DNA of 64,000 bases, taken from positions 2,519-66,518 of the IMG/VR virus record IMGVR_UViG_2891456851_000002, one strand, 5' to 3'. Positions 1-8,015 of this stretch are shown here, piece by piece. The DNA is from a virus (taxonomy: Duplodnaviria > Caudoviricetes). How positions within the stretch are numbered: the stretch's first letter is position 1; every line of letters starts with the position of its first letter. The position numbers were made by a program, and so were the translations under genes. Under the pieces are notes generated by a model. It did no database searches. It saw only the letters and a program-made list of their open reading frames with translations, and was not told the origin of the DNA.

Positions 1-186
1 GGCGTACGCCACGACCGGCGACCAGGTCACCTACCACGGGTCGAAGAGCGACTGTCACGGCGCGTGGACCGTCCACGGCCCCACTGCGGGGACGTTGGGG
101 GCGGCGTACACCCTGACTCGCGACGACGACGAGCGGGTCCTGTCCGGGGTCCGCATCGAGTCGATCACCCCGGTCGGGGGTGCGCT

Positions 187-513
187 GTGACAGCCCTGCA
201 GATCGAGACCACCGCCGCCGAACGCCTCGAAGACCTCGCCGTCCGCTACCTCAACGAGGACTGGACCACCAGCGACGAGACCGAGCTGTACCACTTCGCC
301 CACCACGACCGGGCCGAAGAGGCGATCTGGGCCCTGTTCGAGGACCTCGCCGAGGCCGTGCGGCTCCGTAACGGCGTCGGCGACGGCACCGTCCACTGGT
401 CCGCGGTGTGTGACGAGCTGACCGGCTGGGACCCGTCTGAGGCCGCGTGGGAGATCGCGCAGGAGCGGGTGGACGAGTTGACGTACTCGCTGCTGTTCGG
501 GAGGACCCGATGA
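187..513 (+). CDS. Hypothetical phage protein
   Basis: GTG start inside the 64..513 ORF; stop overlaps the next ATG (ATGA). Confidence 0.6.
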   Translation: MTALQIETTAAERLEDLAVRYLNEDWTTSDETELYHFAHHDRAEEAIWALFEDLAEAVRLRNGVGDGTVHWSAVCDELTGWDPSEAAWEIAQERVDELTYSLLFGRTR

Positions 514-1364
514 CCGACACCCCCATGAACGCCGTCCAAGCGCTCGCCAAGGTCAAACGAGCCGTCGGCGCCGTCGCCAAGAAGGACCGCAACACCCAGC
601 AGGGATTCGCCTTCCGCGGCGTCGAGTCCGTCGTCAACGCGGTCGGCCCCCACCTCGACCGGATCGGCGTGGTCGTCATGCCGGTCCTGGAGTCCAGCAC
701 CTATGACACCGTCGAGGTCGGTAAGAACCGCACCCTGATGGGCCACGTCCGGGTGGAGGTCACCTACCGCTTCTACGGCCCGGACGGCACGTCCTACGTG
801 GACGCCCGGGTGCCCGGCGAGGCGATGGACTCCGGAGACAAGGCGGCATCCAAGGCGATGGCCGTGGCGTGGCGCACCGCTCTGATCCAGGTGTTGAACC
901 TCCGCACGCTCGACCTCGAACCGGACGCCCAGTCCTACGAGCGGTCGGCACTCGCCACTCCGGAGGACTACCGGGACCGGGCGCTGAACCTCAACGCCAC
1001 GAAGGACGACCTGCGCCGCCTGTACGCCGAGGTGTCCCGCGCCGGCCACATCCAGACGGCGGTGGTGGACGAGCACGGCGACCAGATCAGCCTCGGGCAC
1101 CTGATCCACCGCCGGGGGCAGGAAGCGCCGGACGGCCTGCCCCGTAACAAGGACGGCTCGATCAGCCGGTCGAAGGCCACCCCGGAGCAGCTCGAAGCGG
1201 TCGGCACCATGACCCCGCAGCAGATGCGGGAGCACAACAAGCTCGTGAAGGACGTCACCGAGTCGGCCCCGGCGGACCGGACCAAGGACGCCGACCTGTT
1301 CGACCAGTGGGCGAAGCAGCCTGAGCCGCCCGCCGCGAACGGTAAGCGGGGTGGCCGGCAGTGA
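510..1364 (+). CDS. ERF-family single-strand annealing protein
   Basis: KDRNTQQGFAFRGVESVVNAVGPHL...YRFYGPDG...GEAMDSGDKAASKAMAVAWRTAL motif pattern. Confidence 0.85.
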   Translation: MTDTPMNAVQALAKVKRAVGAVAKKDRNTQQGFAFRGVESVVNAVGPHLDRIGVVVMPVLESSTYDTVEVGKNRTLMGHVRVEVTYRFYGPDGTSYVDARVPGEAMDSGDKAASKAMAVAWRTALIQVLNLRTLDLEPDAQSYERSALATPEDYRDRALNLNATKDDLRRLYAEVSRAGHIQTAVVDEHGDQISLGHLIHRRGQEAPDGLPRNKDGSISRSKATPEQLEAVGTMTPQQMREHNKLVKDVTESAPADRTKDADLFDQWAKQPEPPAANGKRGGRQ

Positions 1365-1711
1365 ACGCCACCCTGACCGTGGTCCGCCAGCTTGGGCAGC
1401 TCTCCCGGGAGCTGGACAAGGCCGTCGAGGAACTCGGCAAGGCCGAACTCGAAGCCGTGGACGCCGAGGCCGACTACAAGGTGGCCTACTCCAAGGCGTT
1501 TCGCGAGGCCGAGGGTCCGGTGGAGGACCGTAAGCAGATCGCGACCGCGCAGACCGACGACCTGTTCCGGGTGTGGGGCAAGGCGGTCGCGGTGGTCCGG
1601 TTGCAGCGGGAGCACATCAAGGCCCTGCACGCGCGTATCGACGTGGGCCGGACGATTCAGTCCACGGCGCGGGCTGAGATGGCGCTTGCGGGGTCGGGGG
1701 TGACTCCGTGA
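1361..1711 (+). CDS. Hypothetical coiled-coil phage protein
   Basis: Coupled to both neighbours; helical composition. Confidence 0.7.
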   Translation: MNATLTVVRQLGQLSRELDKAVEELGKAELEAVDAEADYKVAYSKAFREAEGPVEDRKQIATAQTDDLFRVWGKAVAVVRLQREHIKALHARIDVGRTIQSTARAEMALAGSGVTP

Positions 1712-2178
1712 AGCCCGGGAAGCCTCTGCGCCGGTACGCCCGTCTGGAGCGTTCTACGCCCCTCACGGGCGGCACCCCGCTCAAGCGGACCCCGCTGCGG
1801 GCCCGGTCGAAGAAGCAGGAGGCCAAGTACCGCATCCGCCGCGGCCTGGTCGCCGAGCTGCTCGCCGAGCGGCCAGTGTGCGAGCGGTGCCACATGGCCC
1901 GGTCCACCGATGTCCACGAACCCCGCATGCGATCCCGCGGGGCGGACATCACCGACCGCCGCGAGTGCGTGTGCCTGTGCCGCGACTGCCACAACCATGT
2001 GCACGCCCACCCGGCAGAGGCGACCCGTGAGGGCTGGCTGATCCCGTCGTGGGAGGACCTCGCCGAGTGCGGCGCCCACCCCGCGTCGGCGGCCTGCCCC
2101 GGCTGCACCGCGTGCAAGCGCTGCGGTCCGTGCGGGTGCGAGCTCGTCGCCGGCTGGCAGCAGAGGACCCCGGCGTGA
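1708..2178 (+). CDS. HNH endonuclease
   Basis: CERC...DVHE...LCRDCHNHVH. Confidence 0.8.
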   Translation: MKPGKPLRRYARLERSTPLTGGTPLKRTPLRARSKKQEAKYRIRRGLVAELLAERPVCERCHMARSTDVHEPRMRSRGADITDRRECVCLCRDCHNHVHAHPAEATREGWLIPSWEDLAECGAHPASAACPGCTACKRCGPCGCELVAGWQQRTPA

Positions 2179-2295
2179 CCCCCGTGGAGGACATGTCCGG
2201 CGGCCCGTGCGGCTGGTGCCACCACACCCACCCCTCCGGCGCCGAGTGCGTCACCGACCCCCAAACCTTCCGCCCCACCGAAGAGGAGACCACCG

Positions 2296-2700
2296 ATGAG
2301 TGAGCACGTCGCCAACGGGTGCCACTGCGAGGAGCCGCCGGAGCCGCAGCCGCTCGACCTGGACAAGCTCCAGATCGCGCACGACGTCTACCGCCGAGAC
2401 GGTGAGGAGGGCAATGGGCCCCAGGCCCAGACGTACCTCCTTGACGCCGTGCCCGGCCTGCTGGCCGAGCTGCGGGAGGCCCGCGCCGAGATTGAGTGGT
2501 GGCAGGCCCTACCCACGCGCGATGAGTACGCCTGCGCCGTCGGCGGCAAGAAGCACCCCGACGACTGCACCCAGGTGTGGCACACCGGCGACGCGGACGA
2601 GGCGCTGAGGTGGGCCGACAACGGCACCACCGGGCGGGCCTGGACGAGGGCCATCGCCCTGCACCCCTGGGTCGAGCTCTCCGCCGAACCGCCGTTTTGA
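2296..2700 (+). CDS. Hypothetical phage protein
   Basis: RBS GAGGAG; high-GC codon bias. Confidence 0.65.
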   Translation: MSEHVANGCHCEEPPEPQPLDLDKLQIAHDVYRRDGEEGNGPQAQTYLLDAVPGLLAELREARAEIEWWQALPTRDEYACAVGGKKHPDDCTQVWHTGDADEALRWADNGTTGRAWTRAIALHPWVELSAEPPF

Positions 2701-2780
2701 CCTTCCCCGGCTGCTCCCTCCCCGGGGGCAGCCACCCCCGCACCACCCGATCAAGGAACCACCCCCGCGAAAGGCGCGAC

Positions 2781-3128
2781 ATGAACACCACCGTCCTCGA
2801 ACACCCCACCTTCACCCCCGCCCCGCTGACCGACCCCGCCCGCCGCTGGCTGACCTCCCGCTACCAGACCGACGAGAAGACCATCGCCGCCCTGGAGGCG
2901 GAGCGGGCCCGCCACATGGCGGAGGCCGCCGCCCTGGACGTCCTCATCGCCGACATGCAGGCGGAGCAGCAGGTGCGCGCGGCCCGTCTGGGTGGGGTGG
3001 TGTCCCTGCTCCCCGCCGTGGACCTGGCCGACGACGAGGGGGAGTTGCCGGTTGAGGCGGAGGCGCACGCCGCCGCCTCGCAGCAGCACCGGGAGCACCC
3101 CTACGCGCAGAGCGAGGGGGCGGCGTGA
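2781..3128 (+). CDS. Hypothetical phage protein
   Basis: RBS AAAGG before ATG 2781; coupled to the next gene. Confidence 0.65.
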   Translation: MNTTVLEHPTFTPAPLTDPARRWLTSRYQTDEKTIAALEAERARHMAEAAALDVLIADMQAEQQVRAARLGGVVSLLPAVDLADDEGELPVEAEAHAAASQQHREHPYAQSEGAA

Positions 3129-4322
3129 TGGCCCGGCACACGCAGGCCGACCTGCACCCCACCGACTGCCTCGACTGGTCCCGCGAACCCGTCACGGTGC
3201 GGGCCGCTTACGACGACTGGCTGGCCGAGCACCCCGCCCCGGCACCGCGTGTGGTGCCCGCGAAGACCCGAACCCACAGGAGCACACGATGACCGCCCCT
3301 CTGTCTGACGAGCGCCTCGCCGAGATCCGCCGGGACTTTTCCGGCGGCGTGATGGGCGCCGCGACCGTTTTCGAGCTGCTGGCCGAGGTCGAGCGGCTCC
3401 GCACCGTCGTCGCCCGCGCCCGGGACATGCACTGGCGGTTCGACATCTACGACATCTGCGGCTGCCGGGAGCACGAGGACGAAGCCGCGACGGTCACCCT
3501 GTCCGACGGCGAGGTCGTGTGCCGCAGCGGCTACCAGTACTCGATCTGCCACGAGTGCTGTGCCCCCGGCGACAGTCAGACGGAGGAGTGCGTGGACAAC
3601 CACGACCACTCCGAGTGCTGGCCGTGCCCGACCCGGAAGGCGCTGGACGAGACGCCCTCGCTCGTGGGGAGCCCGTCGTGACGGCGACCCGGGAGGAGCT
3701 GCTCCTCGCCGCCGAGTTGCAGGAGGAGTACCACATCGCGTGCTACGCCGAGTGTGGGCACGACAAGGAGGCGGACCGGCTCCGGGCGTTGGCTGCCGCT
3801 CTTCCGCCCGTCAGTGTGGCTCTCAGCCCCGCGGGGAGCCTGTCGTGAGCCGCCTCCGCCGTGGCCGCCTGTCGGTCTACCTCGAACCACGCGACATCTG
3901 GGTCGGCGTGTATGTCGCCCCGGCCGCCCTGTACGTCTGCCCGCTGCCGCTGCTGGTCCTCAAGTGGGACCGGAAGGGGAGCCCCTCATGAGCGGGGCCG
4001 AGCTGTACGAGCACCTCCGGGACGACGGGGCGTGGGGCGCAACCAAGGCGACCGCCGCCATCGTCGGCGTCCTCCTGCTGATCTCCACCCTCGTGTGGCT
4101 GTGGGAACGCCGCAAAGCGCGCCGCATCAACGCCCAGCAAGGCATCGAGATCTACCCACCCGACCGGACCGAGCAGATCCTCCGGGACGCCCTCCGAGAG
4201 GACCCCGACGACCTCACCCGCGACTGGCAATGGCCCTGATCGCCACCATCGCAGCCGCTCTCGTCCTCGGCGCGGTCACGGCCGCGCTCCGCCTCCTGGC
4301 CGCCCGAGGACTACGCCCCTAA
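3128..4322 (+). CDS. Run of six small coupled hypothetical genes (3128-3292, 3289-3681, 3678-3848, 3845-3991, 3988-4239, 4230-4322)
   Basis: Mostly ATGA/GTGA overlaps; 3289-3681 is Cys/His-rich; the last two have hydrophobic segments. Confidence 0.55.
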
Positions 4323-4359
4323 CCACCCCACCACTGCCCTTCGGAAGGAGGGACCCCCG

Positions 4360-4788
4360 ATGACCCGCAAGCCCAAGCCCGCCCAGGGCTTCACCCCCGA
4401 AGAGTTCGAGGCCGTCGTCTCGATGATCCGCAGCGACGCCAGCCTGCGCGCCGACATCGAGACCATCACCGGCCAGAAGCTCGACGGCAAGACGCCCAGG
4501 CAGTTGTTCGACCTGTTCCGCGCCATCAACACGGCCGCCGAAGTGCAGAACGCCGTCGTCCGCTACGGACGCGCCCGGCAGGCAGTGCGGCAGACCCGCA
4601 TCGAACTGCAGGACCTCCCGCCGGCGGACATGCCGCCGACGCAGGCGGCGTACGTGCAGGGACTGCAGGAACGCCTCGACGTGGTCAAGGCCGAGAACCA
4701 GCAGTTGCGGGCCGCGAATGCCGCCCTGAGGGCCGGAACGGTCCACCCCATCCCCGCCCGCACCATCAAGGGAGAAGTTGCGTCATGA
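4360..4788 (+). CDS. Hypothetical protein translationally coupled to the RAMP-like gene
   Basis: RBS GAAGGAGG; ATGA overlap with 4785. Confidence 0.75.
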   Translation: MTRKPKPAQGFTPEEFEAVVSMIRSDASLRADIETITGQKLDGKTPRQLFDLFRAINTAAEVQNAVVRYGRARQAVRQTRIELQDLPPADMPPTQAAYVQGLQERLDVVKAENQQLRAANAALRAGTVHPIPARTIKGEVAS

Positions 4789-5522
4789 GCGCTCTCGACG
4801 TGTTCGGCGCATTCGGCGCCACCGACGAATTCCAGAGCTACTACGTGCACCTGCGCGTCATCGACAAGATCGTCGGTGGTATCCCGTCCAGCCCCAGTGT
4901 CATCAAGGGCTGGCTGAAGACCCGCATGGAGCTTGGGGACCGCGACCTGCAGGAGATGGTCGACAAGACCCTGGTCGAGCGGTTCCCCGACCGGCAGCCG
5001 TCCCCGGACGAGCTGGCCGACGCTCTGATGGAGACCGACGCCGCCCCCTCGGTGAACGGCTTCAAGCGCATCCCCGGCACTGGGGAACTCGCCTACGAGG
5101 GCCGGTGCATGAAGGCCGCGATCAAGGAGTGGGCCAACAGCGCCTACCCCGGCACGGAGTGGCCGGGCAAGGGCGACGTCGCGAAGGGCTTCCGTAAGGG
5201 CCTGATGAGCACGCTGGCGGAGCGCGTGTTCGTGGACGAGGTGTTCATCGGCCTCGGCGTGACGGAGCCGACGGGGGTGGAGGAGCGGATCAAGCACGTC
5301 ATGACCCCCCAGGGCCCCCGCTCCAGCATCAACCGGGTCGAGTACGTCCAGGGGGCCGAGCTCCACTTCACCCTGCTCGTGCGGGACGACTTCCTCCCCA
5401 TGCAGGCGTGGTCCCGCATCTGGCAGAGCGGCGAGCAGATCGGCATCGGCTCCGACCGGGGGCGCAGCGACGGACGCTTCGAGCTTCTCAAGTGGGAGCG
5501 CGGGGGGGCCGCCAATGCCTGA
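4785..5522 (+). CDS. Orphan RAMP/Cas7-like protein (Vipr-like candidate effector)
   Basis: N-terminal strand plus IVGGIP; central YEGRCMKAAIKE, resembling the RAMP PGSSxKGAxR motif; C-terminal G-rich loop GIGSDRGRSDGRF; no other cas genes nearby. Confidence 0.75.
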   Translation: MSALDVFGAFGATDEFQSYYVHLRVIDKIVGGIPSSPSVIKGWLKTRMELGDRDLQEMVDKTLVERFPDRQPSPDELADALMETDAAPSVNGFKRIPGTGELAYEGRCMKAAIKEWANSAYPGTEWPGKGDVAKGFRKGLMSTLAERVFVDEVFIGLGVTEPTGVEERIKHVMTPQGPRSSINRVEYVQGAELHFTLLVRDDFLPMQAWSRIWQSGEQIGIGSDRGRSDGRFELLKWERGGAANA

Positions 5523-5805
5523 CCTTCCCGCCTGGGCATGGGGCTGCTTCTACGGCCTCGCTGGGGCCGCGAACGCCACCTGGTACCTGCCTGAGCTGCG
5601 CCGCAACCGGGTCCTTCAGGGCCGGGTCGGCTCGCTCGCCGAGGTGCTGGAGCCGCTGTTCACGCCGGCGTTCGTCCGTGGCCTGTTCGTGACGTCGATG
5701 GTCCTCGCCTGGCCCGTGGCCCTGCTCGCTGCCCTGATCTGCGACGTGCCGGGCCACGGCAAAAACCTCACCGACGACGAGCGCACCGAGATCGAGCGCT
5801 CCTGA
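5515..5805 (+). CDS. Small membrane protein
   Basis: Two hydrophobic stretches; overlaps the end of the RAMP-like gene. Confidence 0.65.
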   Translation: MPDLPAWAWGCFYGLAGAANATWYLPELRRNRVLQGRVGSLAEVLEPLFTPAFVRGLFVTSMVLAWPVALLAALICDVPGHGKNLTDDERTEIERS

Positions 5806-5813
5806 AACGCGTA

Positions 5814-5838
5814 GGGCCCCAGCACACGGCTGGGGCCC
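5814..5838. terminator. Perfect 10-bp stem hairpin between the RAMP operon and the array
   Basis: GGGCCCCAGC-ACACG-GCTGGGGCCC. Confidence 0.7.
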
Positions 5839-5879
5839 CTCCCATCAACTGACTGTACCCGGAGGGTTCTGGTGAACGT

Positions 5880-6750
5880 CTGCGACGCCGCTCGTGCGGC
5901 TAGCCCATGCGACTACGCGAGCCTGTTCAGCCCTGCCTCCGCCTCGCGCCGACAGTCCACCCCACCGCCGTCCTGGCCCGACCTCGCCGACAAGCCCAAC
6001 CCTTCCTTCGCTTGCCGACAGTCCATCCCACGCCCTACCTCAGCGAGCCCCTCCGACATACCGACTCCGCACCGTCCGTGCCGCCCCGACAGGCCCAGCC
6101 CGGTCCTGCCGCTCGCCGACAAGCCAAGCCTCCGCCTGCCTAGCCACGGCGACATGCCAGGCCACGGCTTCCCTCAGCACGCCGACTATCCGCACCGGCA
6201 CGACTCCCGCCCTGCCGACGACCCGAGCCTTCTCAACCCTTGCCCCGCCGACAAGCCAAGTCTCCCCGAGACAGCCCATCACGCTCGACTAACCGATCCC
6301 TACCCACCTTCCCCGGCCGACGTCTCATGTGCCGACAAGCCGCACCGGACCCATCCCTCCCAACCCCGTGGCGACTATCCAGCCCGCGCCAGCCCTAGCC
6401 GACAGCCCAAACCAAGCCGAGACGTGCCGACATGCCACCCCCGCCGCAGACCAGCCCAGCCCGACATGCCTATTCCTGCCGCCCCCGCTCAAGCCCAACC
6501 GACATGCCATCCCTGCACACCAGCGCCCCGCCCCGACTCACGCCGACTCGCCTACCCGGGCCGTCACCGACCTCGCCACCCCATGCCTGTCCTCGCCGAC
6601 CAGCCATCCCAGCGCCTCCCGGCCCACGCCGACAAGCCAGCCCCACCCGGACCGGCCCGCCCCGACTACCCGTTCCCTGGCTCATCCCTGGGACATCCCA
6701 CACCCGCCGCGACATGCCTTCTCTGGCCCGTCCTAACCAGTCCGCACCCC
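5880..6750 (-). repeat. 5-nt-periodic GGN-NN array, about 24 units separated by a GTC anchor; candidate guide-RNA (vrRNA-like) array
   Basis: + strand CC recurs every 5 nt between (C/G)CGAC anchors, e.g. 5949, 5987, 6015, 6053, 6086, 6116, 6149, 6182, 6215, 6248, 6371, 6399, 6427, 6461, 6499, 6596, 6629, 6662; spacings mostly 28/33/38 = 3+5n. Confidence 0.9.
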
Positions 6751-6778
6751 TCCTCGTGACCACTGAAAGGAGGCCACT

Positions 6779-7165
6779 GTGAGCCCCTACCGCGTTCTCG
6801 TGACCGGGTCCCGCACCTGGCGGTCACCCAACGACCGCAAGACCCTCAGGGACGCCCTGGACGCCGTCCACACCGCGTTCCCGGACCTCGTCGTCGTCCA
6901 CGGCGCCTGCTCCCGCGGCGCGGACTTCCTCGCCCAGCGCTGGGCCGAGGACCGCAACCGGGCCGGCGCCAACATCACCGTCGAGCAGCACCCCGCGGAC
7001 TGGGACCGCTACCGGAAGGCGGCGGGGTTCCGCCGCAACGCCGAGATGGTTGCGACCCGCCCTGACTTGGTCCTCGCGTTCATCCGCAACGGCTCACCGG
7101 GTGCGACGCACTGCGCCGCCCTCGCTGAGAAGGCCGGCATTCCCGTCCGGAGGTGGTCGGCGTGA
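6779..7165 (+). CDS. DUF2493/YspA-like SLOG-family protein
   Basis: RVLVTGSR...VVHGACSRGAD...RRNAEMV...LVLAF...GATHC. Confidence 0.85.
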   Translation: MSPYRVLVTGSRTWRSPNDRKTLRDALDAVHTAFPDLVVVHGACSRGADFLAQRWAEDRNRAGANITVEQHPADWDRYRKAAGFRRNAEMVATRPDLVLAFIRNGSPGATHCAALAEKAGIPVRRWSA

Positions 7166-7545
7166 CCGGCCGCCGCATGCACATCGCCATCCAATGGCAG
7201 CTCATCGGCGGGGGCAGTGTCCTGCGCTGCAAGTGCGGCGAGTGGGAGAGCGACCCCACCCAGGCCGTGCGTGTGCAGCGGGCATCCCATCGGGCGCACC
7301 GCGTGCAGATGGGGGAGACCGTCGCCCCCGTCAAGCCCACCTTGGCGGAGCGTGTCGCGGCTGTGCGGGCCCTTCACCATCCGACCGAAGGCATGGGCTA
7401 CAACCCGGACGACGACCCCACCCCCGGCGCCTACGGGGACATCGCCAGGGTTTGCACCTCGTGCGGCACACACGACGAGTACGGGGTCCGCTGGCCGTGC
7501 CCGACGATCCGCGCCCTTGACGGCGAGCTGGGGGAGGCGTCGTGA
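7162..7545 (+). CDS. Hypothetical Zn-binding phage protein
   Basis: CKCG and CTSC motifs, WPCPT; coupled to the upstream gene. Confidence 0.6.
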   Translation: MTGRRMHIAIQWQLIGGGSVLRCKCGEWESDPTQAVRVQRASHRAHRVQMGETVAPVKPTLAERVAAVRALHHPTEGMGYNPDDDPTPGAYGDIARVCTSCGTHDEYGVRWPCPTIRALDGELGEAS

Positions 7546-7598
7546 GCGGGCATGCGAAGGGGGCCGGTCACTCGGTGACCGGCCCCGGGGGTGACACA

Positions 7599-7880
7599 TC
7601 AGGACTCGGCGGAGCGCGGCGCCGGCCGCGTCTTGCGCTTCGGCGGGGGCTTGAGCCCGTCCACCACGTCGGCGTCCTCCTGGATGCGCCGGACGTGCTC
7701 GGGCTCCCAGTCGAAGTGGCGGGCGATGTCCGCCTGCTTCACACCGTCAGCTCGCATCTGGCGAATGACGCGGCCGAACTCCAACCAGGCCGCGTTGACG
7801 ATGTCTTCCGCACGCTGCTCGGCGCGCTGGATCTCCGCGTACGCCGCATCGAGGGCTGCCATCTGCTCGGTCACCTCCAC
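7599..7880 (-). CDS. Small HTH DNA-binding protein
   Basis: GVKQADIARHFDWEPEHVRRI HTH-like segment; antisense to flanking genes. Confidence 0.7.
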   Translation of the reverse strand: MEVTEQMAALDAAYAEIQRAEQRAEDIVNAAWLEFGRVIRQMRADGVKQADIARHFDWEPEHVRRIQEDADVVDGLKPPPKRKTRPAPRSAES

Positions 7881-7894
7881 ATCATCACACCTCT

Positions 7895-7971
7895 AATGTG
7901 GCCACCTTAGCATGTGGGCCCCCACTTCATAATGTGCCCACTAGCCATGGTGCCCACATGCTGATGTGGGC
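7895..7971. promoter_or_regulatory. Cluster of five ATGTG(G/C)(G/C)C operator-like sites in a divergent intergenic region
   Basis: Sites near 7896, 7912, 7932, 7964 and inverted at 7952-7960. Confidence 0.6.
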
Positions 7972-8015
7972 TAGGATGGCAACCGTTCGACCACCTGTAC
8001 GACAAGGGGATCAAG

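Noticed and set aside
5880-6750. Canonical CRISPR array
   Set aside because: No identical 23-47 bp direct repeats alternating with unique spacers; only a 3-5 nt anchor and a pentamer register are conserved.
5872-6759. 295-aa ORF (and shorter overlapping ORFs) across the periodic array
   Set aside because: Pro/Arg/Ser/Ala-rich with no domain. The periodicity is 5, not 3, and the C-rich strand naturally lacks stops. An RBS-like GGAGGG exists, so translation is not fully excluded.
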